DNA of 64,000 nucleotides from Eubacteriales bacterium (GCA_045542275.1 JAZQKP010000004.1:6391-70390), one strand, 5' to 3'; shown: positions 27,264 through 39,307, counted from the first letter of the stretch. The notes: a model not told the origin generated them from the letters alone. A program made the numbers and translations.

Positions 27264-28751
27264 ATGTTAAAGGTAGTAAATTTCATCAATGACTATCTCT
27301 CAGGCTACATACTTGTATTTTTGCTTATTGCAGTAGGACTTTTCTACTCGGTCAAGACAAAATTTGTTCAGGTTCGTTGCTTTGGAGAAGGCTTTAAAAA
27401 GGTATTCGCAAGAAACCAGAAGGACGGAGAGAGAAAGGGTCTTTCCTCATTCCAGGCTCTTGCAACAGCTGTTGCTGCACAGGTAGGTACAGGTAATATC
27501 GTTGGTGCCTGCGGTGCTATCCTTGTTGGTGGTCCCGGTGCTATTTTCTGGATGTGGATTATTGCATTCTTAGGTATGGCTACTAACTATGCAGAGGCTG
27601 TTCTTGCACAGAAGACCAAGGAAGTGGACGAAAACGGTGAGGTTCGCGGTGGTCCTGTATATTACATCAAGAAGGCATTTACAGGTAAGGGTGGTAAGTT
27701 CCTTGCAACCTTCTTCGCGGTAGCAATCACTATTGCCCTTGGCTTTATCGGCGCTATGGTACAGTCCAATTCCATTACATCTAATATTTCAGGTGTGTTC
27801 AGCTCCTTCGGTGCAGACATTTCAGGCTACACATGGATTATCGGTATTATTATCGCAGCTCTTGCCGCAGTAATCGTAATCGGCGGTGTTAAGAGAATCG
27901 CCTCCGTGACCGAAAAAATAGTACCCGTTATGGCAATTTTGTACATTTTGGGTGGTATTTTGGTGCTTTGCGTTAATATTAAGAATGTGCCTATGGCTAT
28001 CGGCTCAATCTTCAAGTATGCCTTTGTTCCTCAGGCTATTATCGGTGGTGGCTTCGGCGCTGCAATCGTAAAGGCTATTCAGAAGGGCGCGCAGAGAGGT
28101 CTTTTCTCAAACGAGGCAGGTATGGGTTCAACTCCTCATGCCCACGCACAGGCAGACGTTAAGGACCCTCACGATCAGGGTGTTGCCGCAATGGTTGGTG
28201 TGTTTATTGATACCTTTGTCGTTCTTACAATGACAGCGCTTATCGTTCTTTGCACTTTATATGCTAAGGACGGTCCATTTGCAGCTATAAACGGCGATGT
28301 TGCAAACTTTACAGGCCTTTCCTTTAAGGAGCTTGTAGGCGCTAAGGGCTACACAGACGGCAATATGGTACAGAGTGCATTCCAGATTACCTTTAGTAAG
28401 CTTTTTGGCAACGCAGCAGGTAAAATAATCGGTAGTATCTTCGTTGCAGTATGCCTCTTCTTCTTCGCATTCTCAACTATTATCAGCTGGAACTTCTTCG
28501 GTAAGATAAACTTTAACTACCTTTTCGGCAAGAAGGCAACAATTGCTTATTCAGCACTTTCAATCGTATGCGTATTCCTTGGCTCAATCGGTTCAAACGA
28601 TCTTGTATGGGGTCTTTCCGATATGTTCAATAACCTTATGGTTATCCCCAACGTATTGGCACTCTTTGCCCTTGGCTCAATGGTTTATGGCAGATTTCAG
28701 AAAAAGGACGAAATCTGCGCTACAGGTAGTGTAAGCAAGGACGCAGAATAA
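27264..28751 (+). CDS. alanine/glycine:cation symporter (AGCS, AlsT-like)
   Basis: QVGTGNI, GGPGAIFWMW, GGPVYYI, RGLFSNEAGMGS; start after RBS AAAGGAG. Confidence 0.93.
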   Translation: MLKVVNFINDYLSGYILVFLLIAVGLFYSVKTKFVQVRCFGEGFKKVFARNQKDGERKGLSSFQALATAVAAQVGTGNIVGACGAILVGGPGAIFWMWIIAFLGMATNYAEAVLAQKTKEVDENGEVRGGPVYYIKKAFTGKGGKFLATFFAVAITIALGFIGAMVQSNSITSNISGVFSSFGADISGYTWIIGIIIAALAAVIVIGGVKRIASVTEKIVPVMAILYILGGILVLCVNIKNVPMAIGSIFKYAFVPQAIIGGGFGAAIVKAIQKGAQRGLFSNEAGMGSTPHAHAQADVKDPHDQGVAAMVGVFIDTFVVLTMTALIVLCTLYAKDGPFAAINGDVANFTGLSFKELVGAKGYTDGNMVQSAFQITFSKLFGNAAGKIIGSIFVAVCLFFFAFSTIISWNFFGKINFNYLFGKKATIAYSALSIVCVFLGSIGSNDLVWGLSDMFNNLMVIPNVLALFALGSMVYGRFQKKDEICATGSVSKDAE

Positions 28752-28759
28752 ATAAATTG

Positions 28760-28794
28760 TCCACAGTTAAATTTCGTTAACTGTGGATTTTTTT
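28760..28794 (+). terminator. intrinsic terminator
   Basis: TCCACAGTTAA/TTAACTGTGGA stem followed by T7. Confidence 0.8.
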
Positions 28795-28839
28795 ATTAAG
28801 ATATGTTACAATAGAATAAGAAAGAAAAAGGAGTGCTAT

Positions 28840-29493
28840 ATGAAGGATTACAGTACAGTATTTTTTGATTTAGACGGAACACTTGTGGACTCTGGTGAGG
28901 GTGTGCGCAATTCCGTTGAATATGCCTTGAACAAATTTGGAATCAAGGTGGAGAATAAGGATAGCCTAAGCTGCTTTATCGGCCCACCACTTACAGTTTC
29001 CTTTAAAACCTTTTACGGCTTTGACGATGAAAAGGCAGACCTTGGAGTTTCTTATTACCGTGAATATTATAAGGATAAGGGCATTTTCGAGGGGTACGTA
29101 TATGAGGGAATAGAAGAAACCCTTAAAAGACTTAAGGATGCAGGCAAGACCGTAATGGTAGCCACCTCCAAGCCTGAGCTTTTTGCAAAAAGAGTTCTTG
29201 AAAAATTCGGAATTGCCGAGTACTTTGATTTTATAGCAGGTGCCACCCTTGATGAAAAGACAAGGGCAAACAAGATTGAAATAATGGATTACGCCTTAAA
29301 AAGCTGTAACGTTTCCCCTAAGGATGTAATTATGGTTGGCGACCGACTTTTCGATATAGAGGGTGCTAAGCATTTCGGTATGGAATGTATTGCTGTTCTT
29401 TACGGCTACGGCTCAAGAGAGGAATTTATTAAGTACGGTGCAGAGTATATCGTGGAAACTCCCAAGGATATTGCAGATTTGATACTGAAATAA
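28840..29493 (+). CDS. HAD-superfamily phosphatase (phosphoglycolate phosphatase/5'-nucleotidase-like)
   Basis: FDLDGTLVDS, ATSK, MVGDR motifs. Confidence 0.88.
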   Translation: MKDYSTVFFDLDGTLVDSGEGVRNSVEYALNKFGIKVENKDSLSCFIGPPLTVSFKTFYGFDDEKADLGVSYYREYYKDKGIFEGYVYEGIEETLKRLKDAGKTVMVATSKPELFAKRVLEKFGIAEYFDFIAGATLDEKTRANKIEIMDYALKSCNVSPKDVIMVGDRLFDIEGAKHFGMECIAVLYGYGSREEFIKYGAEYIVETPKDIADLILK

Positions 29494-29526
29494 GAAAATC
29501 GGACACAGGGTGTCCGATTTTTCTTT
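29492..29526. terminator. bidirectional terminator
   Basis: AAAATCGGACAC-agg-GTGTCCGATTTT with A/T flanks, between convergent genes. Confidence 0.85.
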
Positions 29527-32500
29527 TATTTAAGCTTAAGTGTAACAATTTCAAAGGGCTTGATATCAAGGGAAACTGTGTTATTTTTAACAGTAAGCTT
29601 TTTCTGCTCCTTTTCGCTGAGATTAGCAAGGTAAGCTTCGCTTACATTAAAGCCGAATTTAACGGTTGCCTTTGTACGTGTGTTCTTTGTTTCGTACATA
29701 CGTACAATAGTTTCGTTACCGTATTCAGCCTCTTTTACTGTTTCAATAATTACGTTATCCTTATCAATTGATACAAGTGAGTATTCATCATCAAGGCTGC
29801 CGTCACCCTCTGCCTTAAGTGCTGTCATAGGCATATTAAGATCATATGCATATTTAACAACATCACATGAGGCAAGATTGCCTGCGTGAGGATAAATAGA
29901 GTAGGTAAACTCATGCTCACCCTGGTCATTGTAAACACCTGTGTTACCGGGGTTCCAGTCACACTTAATAAGAGTAAGACGCATATCGCTGTTGTGGATA
30001 TCGTGACCGTACTTACAATCGTTAATAAGGCTGACACCGTAGCAGCCCTCAGAAAGATCGGCATATTTGTGTCCGCAAACCTCAAATTTTGCCTGATCCC
30101 AGGTGGTGTTGAAGTGGGTAGGACGCTCAATAGTACCGAACTGAATCTCATAGCTTGCCTTATCGGAGTTAATATCAACAGGGAAGGAAACCTTAAGAAT
30201 CTGCTTTATCTGATGCCAATCAACCTTAGTTTCAAAGTCAATTTTAGGCATATCGGCATAGAACCACATAATCTGATTTATTGTGCTGTCCTGATGCTGT
30301 CTTGTTACGTGGATACCCTGTCTTGCACCGTCATTAATTACATAAATGTCGGACACTGTGTCGATATTATACTGCTTATCACGGCTGGAGAACTGAAGCT
30401 CCCATGTAGGATAGCAATCGTTGTAGTCCTCAAGAACGATAAACTGATTTGCCTTGGCGCCGTTCTTTACTACCTCACGGTGATTTTTCTTATCAAAAAT
30501 GCTTACAATATTATAGTCCTTGTCAAGCTTGACTGTAAAGAATTTGGTAGATACTGTTCTTCCCGAAATCTTGACACCTGTGTCGCTGAAATCAGGATTT
30601 ACAAGTTTGTAGCCCTTTGCGGGAATATCCTTTACGTATACGCTCTTACCGTCAATCTTAACAGTAGACGTATTCTTAAAGGAATGGGGATTAAATACCA
30701 CATATCCGTCACCCTTAACCTTAGATGCAACGTACTTATATGCTTCATTTCTGATTCCGTTTACAGCTTCACGTATTTCAGCGTAATCCTTATCGCTGCG
30801 CTCGTATACCTCAGGAATAGAGGAGCCGGGGATAATATCGTGGAACTGATTTGTAAGGATAGTTTCCCATGTGCTTCTTAACACATTCTTAGGGAAGGGC
30901 TTGCCTGCAAGCTTGTTCATCATAACAGACATGGCCTCAGCATCAAGGGTCAAAAACTCACATTGACGGTTGTTTCTCTTATTTTTTGCAATAGATGTGT
31001 ATGTACCTCTGTGGAATTCAAGATAAAGCTCACCCTGCCAGGTGGGTACCATTTCCGGATATTTCTTAATATTCTTAGCTATCTTATCAAGAAATTCTCC
31101 TGCAAACTTGATTTTTGTCTGGGCGCAGCCGGGGATACCCTTGTCGGTTCTGCGAATGCTTTCAAGCATTTGCTCGGTAGGTCCGCCACCGCCGTCACCG
31201 TAGCCGAAGGTCATAATCGCTTCATTTGTAAGCTCCTTCTGCTGATATCTGTTCCAGGCGCCGTTAACCTCCTGTGCTGTTGCCATAGGACCGTAGGAGG
31301 AATATCTTTCAAAGCCAAGACCCTTGGTCTGTGGCTGAGCAGTTAAAAAATGAGAATTAATTTCTGTGCCGTCAATACCTCTCCAGAGGAATGTATCGTA
31401 GGGCATAGTGTTTCTGTCGTTCCAGCCGATTTTGGAGGTAACAAACCAGTCAACATCGCTCTTGCGAAGAATCTGAGGAAGAGCAGCAGAGTAGCCGAAT
31501 ACGTCAGGAAGCCAAAGCACGTGGCTGTCAACATCGAATTCCTCCTTGAAGAAATTCTTTCCGTACTGTACCTGACGGACAAGGCTTTCACCGGAGGAAA
31601 GGTTGCAGTCAGCCTCAACCCACATAGCGCCCTCAACCTCCCATCTGCCTGCCTTGACCATTTCCTTGATCTCAGCATAAAGCTCAGGGCAATCCTCCTT
31701 AAGCATCTTGTAAAGAACAGCCTGAGAGGACATAAATTTATATTCGGGGTAGCGCTTCATAAGATTAATTACGGTAGAGAATGAGCGCTGTACCTTCTCA
31801 CGTGTCTGCTCAAGGGTCCAGAGCCAGGCTACGTCAATATGTGTATGACCGATTGATATGGTTGCAACCTCTTTATCCCTGCACACACCCTTATAGAATT
31901 CGGTATCAAGATACTTTATTGCGTCCTTTACGGAATCGTGAAATTCCTTGGAGCCGGGCTTAAGGAAATTAACCTTTGTAAGGGCAGAATTAAGACGTGT
32001 AACTATTTCGTGATATTCCTTGGAATTTTCGTCAGCATACTCAAGCACCTGAGAGGGAATAAGAATATCGTAGTAAAGCCTTGTAACATCGTGATTTTCC
32101 ACCATAAGATCGGCATAAAATCTTACATTTATCTTATAGTGCATGCCTGCATACGCATAAATATGCAATTTATAGAATTTTTTACCGCTTAAGCGAACTA
32201 TCATATGATTGGTGTCAAGCCCCTGTGTAATCTTGCCGTCCACGTAAACGATAAACTGAGGATTAACCGCATCCCAGTCGGTTTCATCGGTTCTTATCTT
32301 GAGAATAAGCTCTTTTTCTCCGATTTCCTCAGGTGAGTAAACGTCAAAGCAGAACCAGGCATGCTCATCCATCTTATCACTCCATACAGTACCCTGAGTG
32401 TATGTTTCGAAATTACTGTAATCGGGGAGGGGAGCATTGTTCTTGTAGTCGCATTTTGTGTATTTTACATTTTTAACGGGGGATATAAGTGTATATCTCT

Positions 32501-32561
32501 GGCTATTCAATACATCAAGTAAGGTTTTAATCTTTCTTAATGATTCTGATAAAGGCTTCAT
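29526..32561 (-). CDS. GH38 alpha-mannosidase
   Basis: GHTHIDVAWLW, WLPDVFGY, GYGDGGGGP, GELYLEFHRG, NQFHDIIPG. Confidence 0.95.
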   Translation of the reverse strand: MKPLSESLRKIKTLLDVLNSQRYTLISPVKNVKYTKCDYKNNAPLPDYSNFETYTQGTVWSDKMDEHAWFCFDVYSPEEIGEKELILKIRTDETDWDAVNPQFIVYVDGKITQGLDTNHMIVRLSGKKFYKLHIYAYAGMHYKINVRFYADLMVENHDVTRLYYDILIPSQVLEYADENSKEYHEIVTRLNSALTKVNFLKPGSKEFHDSVKDAIKYLDTEFYKGVCRDKEVATISIGHTHIDVAWLWTLEQTREKVQRSFSTVINLMKRYPEYKFMSSQAVLYKMLKEDCPELYAEIKEMVKAGRWEVEGAMWVEADCNLSSGESLVRQVQYGKNFFKEEFDVDSHVLWLPDVFGYSAALPQILRKSDVDWFVTSKIGWNDRNTMPYDTFLWRGIDGTEINSHFLTAQPQTKGLGFERYSSYGPMATAQEVNGAWNRYQQKELTNEAIMTFGYGDGGGGPTEQMLESIRRTDKGIPGCAQTKIKFAGEFLDKIAKNIKKYPEMVPTWQGELYLEFHRGTYTSIAKNKRNNRQCEFLTLDAEAMSVMMNKLAGKPFPKNVLRSTWETILTNQFHDIIPGSSIPEVYERSDKDYAEIREAVNGIRNEAYKYVASKVKGDGYVVFNPHSFKNTSTVKIDGKSVYVKDIPAKGYKLVNPDFSDTGVKISGRTVSTKFFTVKLDKDYNIVSIFDKKNHREVVKNGAKANQFIVLEDYNDCYPTWELQFSSRDKQYNIDTVSDIYVINDGARQGIHVTRQHQDSTINQIMWFYADMPKIDFETKVDWHQIKQILKVSFPVDINSDKASYEIQFGTIERPTHFNTTWDQAKFEVCGHKYADLSEGCYGVSLINDCKYGHDIHNSDMRLTLIKCDWNPGNTGVYNDQGEHEFTYSIYPHAGNLASCDVVKYAYDLNMPMTALKAEGDGSLDDEYSLVSIDKDNVIIETVKEAEYGNETIVRMYETKNTRTKATVKFGFNVSEAYLANLSEKEQKKLTVKNNTVSLDIKPFEIVTLKLK

Positions 32562-32594
32562 AAAGCACCTCCAAGTATAAAAATCTCTACATAA

Positions 32595-32623
32595 ATCTTA
32601 CCATATTTATAAGAAATAGTCAA
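32595..32623 (-). promoter_or_regulatory. sigma-A promoter of the GH38 gene
   Basis: TTGACT-17bp-TAAGAT on the minus strand. Confidence 0.6.
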
Positions 32624-32777
32624 GTTTTTTATGTATGAATACGTTTGCAATATTATTCAGCAAATGTGAATATTTTTTCGAAGGTGTCTGGAACAGCAAG
32701 GTTTGTGTGCGTAAGTGTATGTGCGTTACTCAGCGCAATAATAAAGCAAAAAAATTTAGAAAAGTTTTTTATACCTA

Positions 32778-32806
32778 TTGACTTGACAGGGCCATTGTGC
32801 TATGAT
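32778..32806 (+). promoter_or_regulatory. sigma-A promoter of ilvE
   Basis: TTGACT-17bp-TATGAT with extended TG. Confidence 0.6.
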
Positions 32807-32873
32807 TTAGTGTATAATTATTAGTTGAATTTGGATAGCGAAGAAATTTTATTCGCTACATCAAGGAGAAAGA

Positions 32874-33938
32874 ATGGATATCAGGATTACTAAGACCACT
32901 ACACCTAAGACTATGGTTCCCGAGAATGAGCTTGGATTTGGAAAATACTTTTCCGACCATATGTTTGTTATGGATTACGATACAGAAAAGGGCTGGCACG
33001 ATGCAAGAATAGTGCCCTTCGGCAATATTTCACTTCATCCCGCATCAACAGTTCTTCACTACGGTGCCGAAATCTTTGAGGGACTTAAGGCATACCGTAG
33101 GGCAGACGGCGGTATTCAGCTTTTCAGACCTCTTGAAAATATCAGAAGAATGAATACCTCGGCTGAGCGTATGTGCTTACCTCTTATTGACGAAAATGAC
33201 GGACTTGAAATTCTTAAGACCTTTGTGGAGCTTGAAAAGGATTTTGTTCCTCACTCCGTTGGCACATCACTTTATCTTCGTCCCTTTATGTTCGGTAATG
33301 ATGAGCATCTTGGCGTACACGCAGTAAGCAGAGCAACCTTTATGCTTATCGGCTCACCCAGCGGCAGCTACTACAAGGAGGGCATCAACCCTGTTAAGAT
33401 TATGATTGAGTCTGAGGATGTTCGTACCGTTCGCGGTGGAACAGGCTTTGCTAAATGCGGAGGTAACTATGCCGCATCTACAAGGGCAGGCGAGAGAGCG
33501 AACAAAAAGGGCTACTCCCAGGTGCTCTGGCTTGACGGTGTTGAAAGAAAGTATATTGAAGAGGTTGGAGCTATGAACGTTATGTTCAAGATAGACGGCG
33601 AGATTGTTACTCCCGCCCTTACAGGCTCTATTCTTCCCGGTATTACAAGAAAGTCCTGTATTGAGGTTTTAAAGGACCTTGGCTACAAGGTAAGTGAGCG
33701 ACTTCTCTCAGTTGATGAGCTTATGGACGCCCTTAAAAACGGCAAGCTTGAGGAGGCTTGGGGCTGTGGCACAGCAGCAGTAGTTTCCCCTATTGGAAGG
33801 CTTATGTATGAGGACGTAGAATACCCAATTAACGGTGAAAAAATCGGTGATACCACAAAGAAACTTTATGACATTCTTACAGGTATTCAGTGGGGTACAG
33901 TTGAGGATAAATACGGCTGGATTTATAAGGTTAACTAA
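32874..33938 (+). CDS. ilvE: branched-chain amino acid aminotransferase
   Basis: FEGLKAYR, LYLRP, AKCGGNYA, EEVGAMN, ILPGITR, GTAAVVSP. Confidence 0.96.
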   Translation: MDIRITKTTTPKTMVPENELGFGKYFSDHMFVMDYDTEKGWHDARIVPFGNISLHPASTVLHYGAEIFEGLKAYRRADGGIQLFRPLENIRRMNTSAERMCLPLIDENDGLEILKTFVELEKDFVPHSVGTSLYLRPFMFGNDEHLGVHAVSRATFMLIGSPSGSYYKEGINPVKIMIESEDVRTVRGGTGFAKCGGNYAASTRAGERANKKGYSQVLWLDGVERKYIEEVGAMNVMFKIDGEIVTPALTGSILPGITRKSCIEVLKDLGYKVSERLLSVDELMDALKNGKLEEAWGCGTAAVVSPIGRLMYEDVEYPINGEKIGDTTKKLYDILTGIQWGTVEDKYGWIYKVN

Positions 33939-33960
33939 ATTAACAAAAGTTTTAAATAAT

Positions 33961-34008
33961 ATACACCCGCATTTGTATATATCGCACAAGTGCGGGGGTA
34001 TTTATTTT
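33961..34008 (+). terminator. ilvE terminator
   Basis: CCCGCATTTGT/ACAAGTGCGGG stem with T-rich tail. Confidence 0.65.
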
Positions 34009-34056
34009 AAATTTTTGTATGAAATGTCAAAAATATTTACGCGCGTAAAAATGTTG

Positions 34057-34085
34057 TTGACAACTCGTGTGAATTGTTATAAAAT
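34057..34085 (+). promoter_or_regulatory. sigma-A promoter of the ilv-leu leader
   Basis: TTGACA-17bp-TAAAAT. Confidence 0.75.
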
Positions 34086-34104
34086 AAGAAATATATTATT
34101 TAAA

Positions 34105-34349
34105 AGACAGTGAAGGGAATAAAACCGCAAGGTCGGCAAAGAGAATCGGCGATTGGTGTAAGCCGTGCGACTGAAGGGCATACTCACCCCGGAGTCTCCA
34201 ACTGAACCAAGTAGGCTTGGACGGGCGCTCCCGTTACAGGGCAGTTTACAGATGTAAACGTAAGAGGGCGCATAGCGCCAATATAGAGTGGTACCGCGGA
34301 TTTTTCCGTCTCTTTTATGCACAGTGCGTAAAAGATGCTTTTTTGTTTT
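34105..34349 (+). ncRNA. T-box leader, Leu (CUC) specifier
   Basis: Stem I with AGAGA and GGTGTAA motifs, CTC at 34183-34185 before the GA motif, T-box AGAGTGGTACCGCG with CGTCTCT partner, terminator with T tail. Confidence 0.9.
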
Positions 34350-34380
34350 AGTGCGTATCACAGGAAAGGAATTATCAGTA

Positions 34381-36054
34381 ATGAAGGGCAATGGAAAATA
34401 TATAAAGCAGTACTTTTCACCCGTAGGGGTCACAATGGACTGGATGAAGAAGGATAGCATTGATAAGGCGCCTATCTGGTGTAGCGTTGATCTGAGAGAC
34501 GGCAACCAGTCACTTATTATTCCTATGAGCCTTGAGGAAAAGCTTGAATTTTTTAAGCTTCTTTGCAAAATCGGCTTTAAGGAAATAGAGGTAGGCTTCC
34601 CCGCAGCATCAGAAACAGAATATGAATTCTGCCGTGCGCTTATAGAACAGAATCTTATTCCCGACGATGTTACTATTCAGGTCCTCACCCAGTCAAGAGA
34701 GCATATTATTGCAAAGACCTTTGAGGCTATTGACGGTGCAAAGCACGCAGTAGTTCACCTTTACAACTCCACCTCAGTTGCTCAGAGAGAGCAGGTGTTC
34801 AAAAAGAGCAAGGAGGATATTGTAAAGATTGCAAGGTTTGGTGCAGAGCTTTGCAAGGAATATAAGAAAAACGCAAAGGGCAAGATTACCTTTGAATACT
34901 CTCCCGAAAGCTTTACAGGAACAGAGCCGGAGTTTGCAGCCGAGATATGCAATGAGGTGATTTCTATCTGGCAGCCAACACCCGACGATAAGGTTATTAT
35001 CAATCTTCCCGTTACGGTTTCTCACTCAATGCCTCACGTATACGCAGCTCAGGTTGAGTATATGTGCAAGAATCTTAAGGATAGAGAAAGCCTTGTTATT
35101 TCACTTCACCCCCATAATGACAGAGGCTGCGCCGTGGCAGACAGCGAAATGGGACTTTTGGCAGGCGGTGACAGAATTGAGGGTACACTCTTCGGTAACG
35201 GAGAGAGAACAGGTAATGTGGATATTATTACTCTTGCACTCAATATGTACTCACAGGGCATAGATCCGGAGCTTGATTTTACAAATCTTCCCGAAATTAC
35301 CAAGGTTTATGAAAAGGTCACAAGAATGCACGTTTACGAAAGACAGCCTTACAGCGGTCAGCTTGTATTTGCAGCATTCAGCGGCTCCCATCAGGATGCT
35401 ATTGCCAAGGGCATGAAGTGCCGAGAGGGCAAGGACTGCGTATGGACAGTTCCTTATCTTCCCATTGACCCCGGTGACGTTGGCAGAATTTATGAGGCAG
35501 ACGTAATCCGTATCAACTCCCAGTCGGGCAAGGGTGGTATCGGTTACATTATGGAAACTCAGTTCAAGCTTAATCTTCCCACTAAAATGCGTGAATCCTT
35601 TGGATACCACGTTAAGAGCATATCTGACCATCAGCACAGAGAGCTTCAGCCTAAGGAGGTATACGAAATCTTCCTACGTGATTTTGTTAACCTTACAGAT
35701 AAGCTTGATGTTGTAAAGGCAGTATATACAGACCAAAATGACGGAATCAAGGGTAATGTAACAGTTAAGTATGATGGCAAATACGAGGATATAGTTTCCT
35801 TCGGTAACGGTCGCCTTGACTGTGTAAGCTCAGCAATCCGTGAGCTTACAGGACTTGACTACACTCTTGAAACCTATACTCAGCACGCACTTGAGGAAAA
35901 GACCACCTCAAAGGCTGCATCATACGTCAGCATAAAGTCTGACGGAAAAACCTATTGGGGTACAGGTATTGACAGCGATATTATTGTATCCTCTGTTAAG
36001 GCGCTTGTAAGCGCAGTAAATAGACTATTGTACGACAAAAAGGAGAGCCTATGA
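34381..36054 (+). CDS. leuA: 2-isopropylmalate synthase (yeast/actinobacterial type)
   Basis: WCSVDLRDGNQ, EYSPE, HPHNDRG, GNGERTGN, SGSHQDA. Confidence 0.95.
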   Translation: MKGNGKYIKQYFSPVGVTMDWMKKDSIDKAPIWCSVDLRDGNQSLIIPMSLEEKLEFFKLLCKIGFKEIEVGFPAASETEYEFCRALIEQNLIPDDVTIQVLTQSREHIIAKTFEAIDGAKHAVVHLYNSTSVAQREQVFKKSKEDIVKIARFGAELCKEYKKNAKGKITFEYSPESFTGTEPEFAAEICNEVISIWQPTPDDKVIINLPVTVSHSMPHVYAAQVEYMCKNLKDRESLVISLHPHNDRGCAVADSEMGLLAGGDRIEGTLFGNGERTGNVDIITLALNMYSQGIDPELDFTNLPEITKVYEKVTRMHVYERQPYSGQLVFAAFSGSHQDAIAKGMKCREGKDCVWTVPYLPIDPGDVGRIYEADVIRINSQSGKGGIGYIMETQFKLNLPTKMRESFGYHVKSISDHQHRELQPKEVYEIFLRDFVNLTDKLDVVKAVYTDQNDGIKGNVTVKYDGKYEDIVSFGNGRLDCVSSAIRELTGLDYTLETYTQHALEEKTTSKAASYVSIKSDGKTYWGTGIDSDIIVSSVKALVSAVNRLLYDKKESL

Positions 36055-37733
36055 AATTAACAGGTGCAGAAATCATTATAAGAACACTTATTGAGCAGGG
36101 TGTTACCGACGTTTTCGGTTATCCGGGCGGACAGGTAATCAGCATTTACGATGCTCTTTATAAATATCAGGACGAAATCAATCACGTTCTCACAGCTCAT
36201 GAGCAGGGTGCCTCTCACGCAGCAGACGGCTACTCAAGAGCAACAGGTAAGGTTGGCGTATGTATCGCTACCTCAGGTCCCGGTGCTACCAACCTTGTAA
36301 CAGGTATTGCAACCGCAATGCTGGACTCCATTCCCATGGTGGCAATTACAGGTAACGTGCCCTGTAGCCTTATCGGTAAGGACTCCTTCCAGGAGATTGA
36401 TATTACAGGCGTTACACTACCTATTACAAAGCACAACTATTTTGTAAACAGAATTGAGGATTTGGCAGACTCTATAAGAGAGGCGTTTTCAATTGCCAAG
36501 TCAGGCCGTCCCGGTCCTGTCCTTGTTGACGTTCCCAAGGACGTACAGGTTGCTACATATGAATATGAGCCACAGCCTGTTGTAGAGAAGATTCCTCTTC
36601 CCAAGGCAACAGATGAGCAGATTAATGAGGCTGTTAAGCTTGTTAATGAGGCTAAGCGCCCCTATATCTACATAGGTGGCGGCGCTGCAGGTCTTGGCCT
36701 TGGCGATGAGGTTATGGAGCTTGCAGATAAGATTGACGGTTGTATAGGCTGTACCTTTATGGGCCTTTCCGCAGTTCCCGACGGATATGAAAGATTCCTC
36801 GGTATGCAGGGCATGCACGGACACTATGCGTCATCAATCGCACAGAATGAGGCAGATCTTATTATCGGTGTAGGTGTTCGCTTCAGCGACAGAGCAACAG
36901 GTAATGTAAAGAAGTTCGCTAAGAACAGTAAGATTATTCAGCTTGACCCCGACTTTGCAGAAATCAACAAGAACGTTAAGGTTGACTGTGGCATTGTTGC
37001 AGACGTTGAGGATTCCTTTAAGAGAATTGCGGCAGCCTGCGAGGCAAAGAGCAATCCCGACTGGATAGCAAGAGTTCACGCCCTTAAGGCTGAGGAGGCT
37101 AAGCAGGAAAAGGAAATTTCAAAGAGCAACAAAAATAAGCTTACCCCCAAGAACATATTCGATGTAATCAATGAGTGCAAGCTTCCCGCTACAATTACAG
37201 TTACCGATGTAGGTCAGCATCAGATGTGGGCAGCGCAGTATTCCACCTTTGACAGACCCAGACGCTTTGTTTCAAGCGGTAGTCTTGGTACTATGGGCTT
37301 TGGACTTGGCGCAGCTCTCGGCGCATATGTAGCTACCAAGGACCCCACAATCCTTATTACAGGTGACGGCTCCTTCGGTATGAACCTTAATGAGCTTGCT
37401 ACTGCAGTTAAATACAATATTCCCGTTGTTATCGTTCTTGTAAATAACGGTGTGCTTGGAATGGTACGTCAGTGGCAGACCCTCTTCTTTGGCAGAAGAT
37501 ATTCAAATACTGTCCTTGACAGACAAACAGACTTTGTAAAGCTTGCAGAGGCATTTGGCGCTGTGGCTTACAGGGCAGACAGTAAAAAGGAATTCAAGTC
37601 AGCCTTTGAAAAGGCGATTAAGTGTGGCAGACCCGTAGTGATTGATGCAATAATAGACAAGGACGAATTCGTTCTTCCCATGCTTCCCCCCGGTGGCTCT
37701 ATTGATGAAATCATTACCGATGTTGAAAAATAA
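36051..37733 (+). CDS. ilvB: acetolactate synthase large subunit
   Basis: FGYPGG, HEQGA, TSGPGATN, GDGSFGMN ThDP motif. Confidence 0.96.
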   Translation: MKLTGAEIIIRTLIEQGVTDVFGYPGGQVISIYDALYKYQDEINHVLTAHEQGASHAADGYSRATGKVGVCIATSGPGATNLVTGIATAMLDSIPMVAITGNVPCSLIGKDSFQEIDITGVTLPITKHNYFVNRIEDLADSIREAFSIAKSGRPGPVLVDVPKDVQVATYEYEPQPVVEKIPLPKATDEQINEAVKLVNEAKRPYIYIGGGAAGLGLGDEVMELADKIDGCIGCTFMGLSAVPDGYERFLGMQGMHGHYASSIAQNEADLIIGVGVRFSDRATGNVKKFAKNSKIIQLDPDFAEINKNVKVDCGIVADVEDSFKRIAAACEAKSNPDWIARVHALKAEEAKQEKEISKSNKNKLTPKNIFDVINECKLPATITVTDVGQHQMWAAQYSTFDRPRRFVSSGSLGTMGFGLGAALGAYVATKDPTILITGDGSFGMNLNELATAVKYNIPVVIVLVNNGVLGMVRQWQTLFFGRRYSNTVLDRQTDFVKLAEAFGAVAYRADSKKEFKSAFEKAIKCGRPVVIDAIIDKDEFVLPMLPPGGSIDEIITDVEK

Positions 37734-37743
37734 GGAGGTAAAT

Positions 37744-38238
37744 ATGAATAAGTTTGTAATTGCGGTTTACGTAGATAACAAATTCGGTGTACTTACAAGA
37801 GTAACAAGTATGTTTACCCGCCGTGGCTTCAACATTGATGCCTTAACCGTTGGTGAAACAGAAAGACCCGAATATTCAAGAATAACTATTTGCTTAAGCG
37901 GTGACGGCTACGCAAGAGAGCAGCTTATTAATCAGCTTCGCAAGCTTCATAACGTAAAGAAGGTTGATGTGCTTGAGGATGACTGTATTAAGAGAGAGCT
38001 TATGCTTATCAAGGTAGGCTACACCACAGAAACAAGAGCCGACATTCTTGCGGCTACCGATGTGTACAGAGCAAAGGTAATCGACTACACACCCGAGGAG
38101 ATGTGTATCGAGGTAACAGGCGACCCAACAAAGATTGACGCATTTATCCGTCTTATGATACCCTTTGGCATTATTGAAATGTGCCGTACAGGTATTGTAG
38201 CTCTTGAACGCGGAAATACAAATCTTTTGGATAAATAA
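37744..38238 (+). CDS. ilvN: acetolactate synthase small subunit
   Basis: ACT domain NKFGVLTRV..F.RRGFNI, RELMLIK, RTG. Confidence 0.95.
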   Translation: MNKFVIAVYVDNKFGVLTRVTSMFTRRGFNIDALTVGETERPEYSRITICLSGDGYAREQLINQLRKLHNVKKVDVLEDDCIKRELMLIKVGYTTETRADILAATDVYRAKVIDYTPEEMCIEVTGDPTKIDAFIRLMIPFGIIEMCRTGIVALERGNTNLLDK

Positions 38239-38245
38239 ATTTTAA

Positions 38246-39286
<1,041 letters not shown>

Positions 39287-39307
39287 TTAAAACAACAAGA
39301 GGTTATT

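Noticed and set aside
29886-30881. 331-aa plus-strand ORF and other long antisense ORFs
   Set aside because: Antisense shadows of well-supported genes, produced by codon bias
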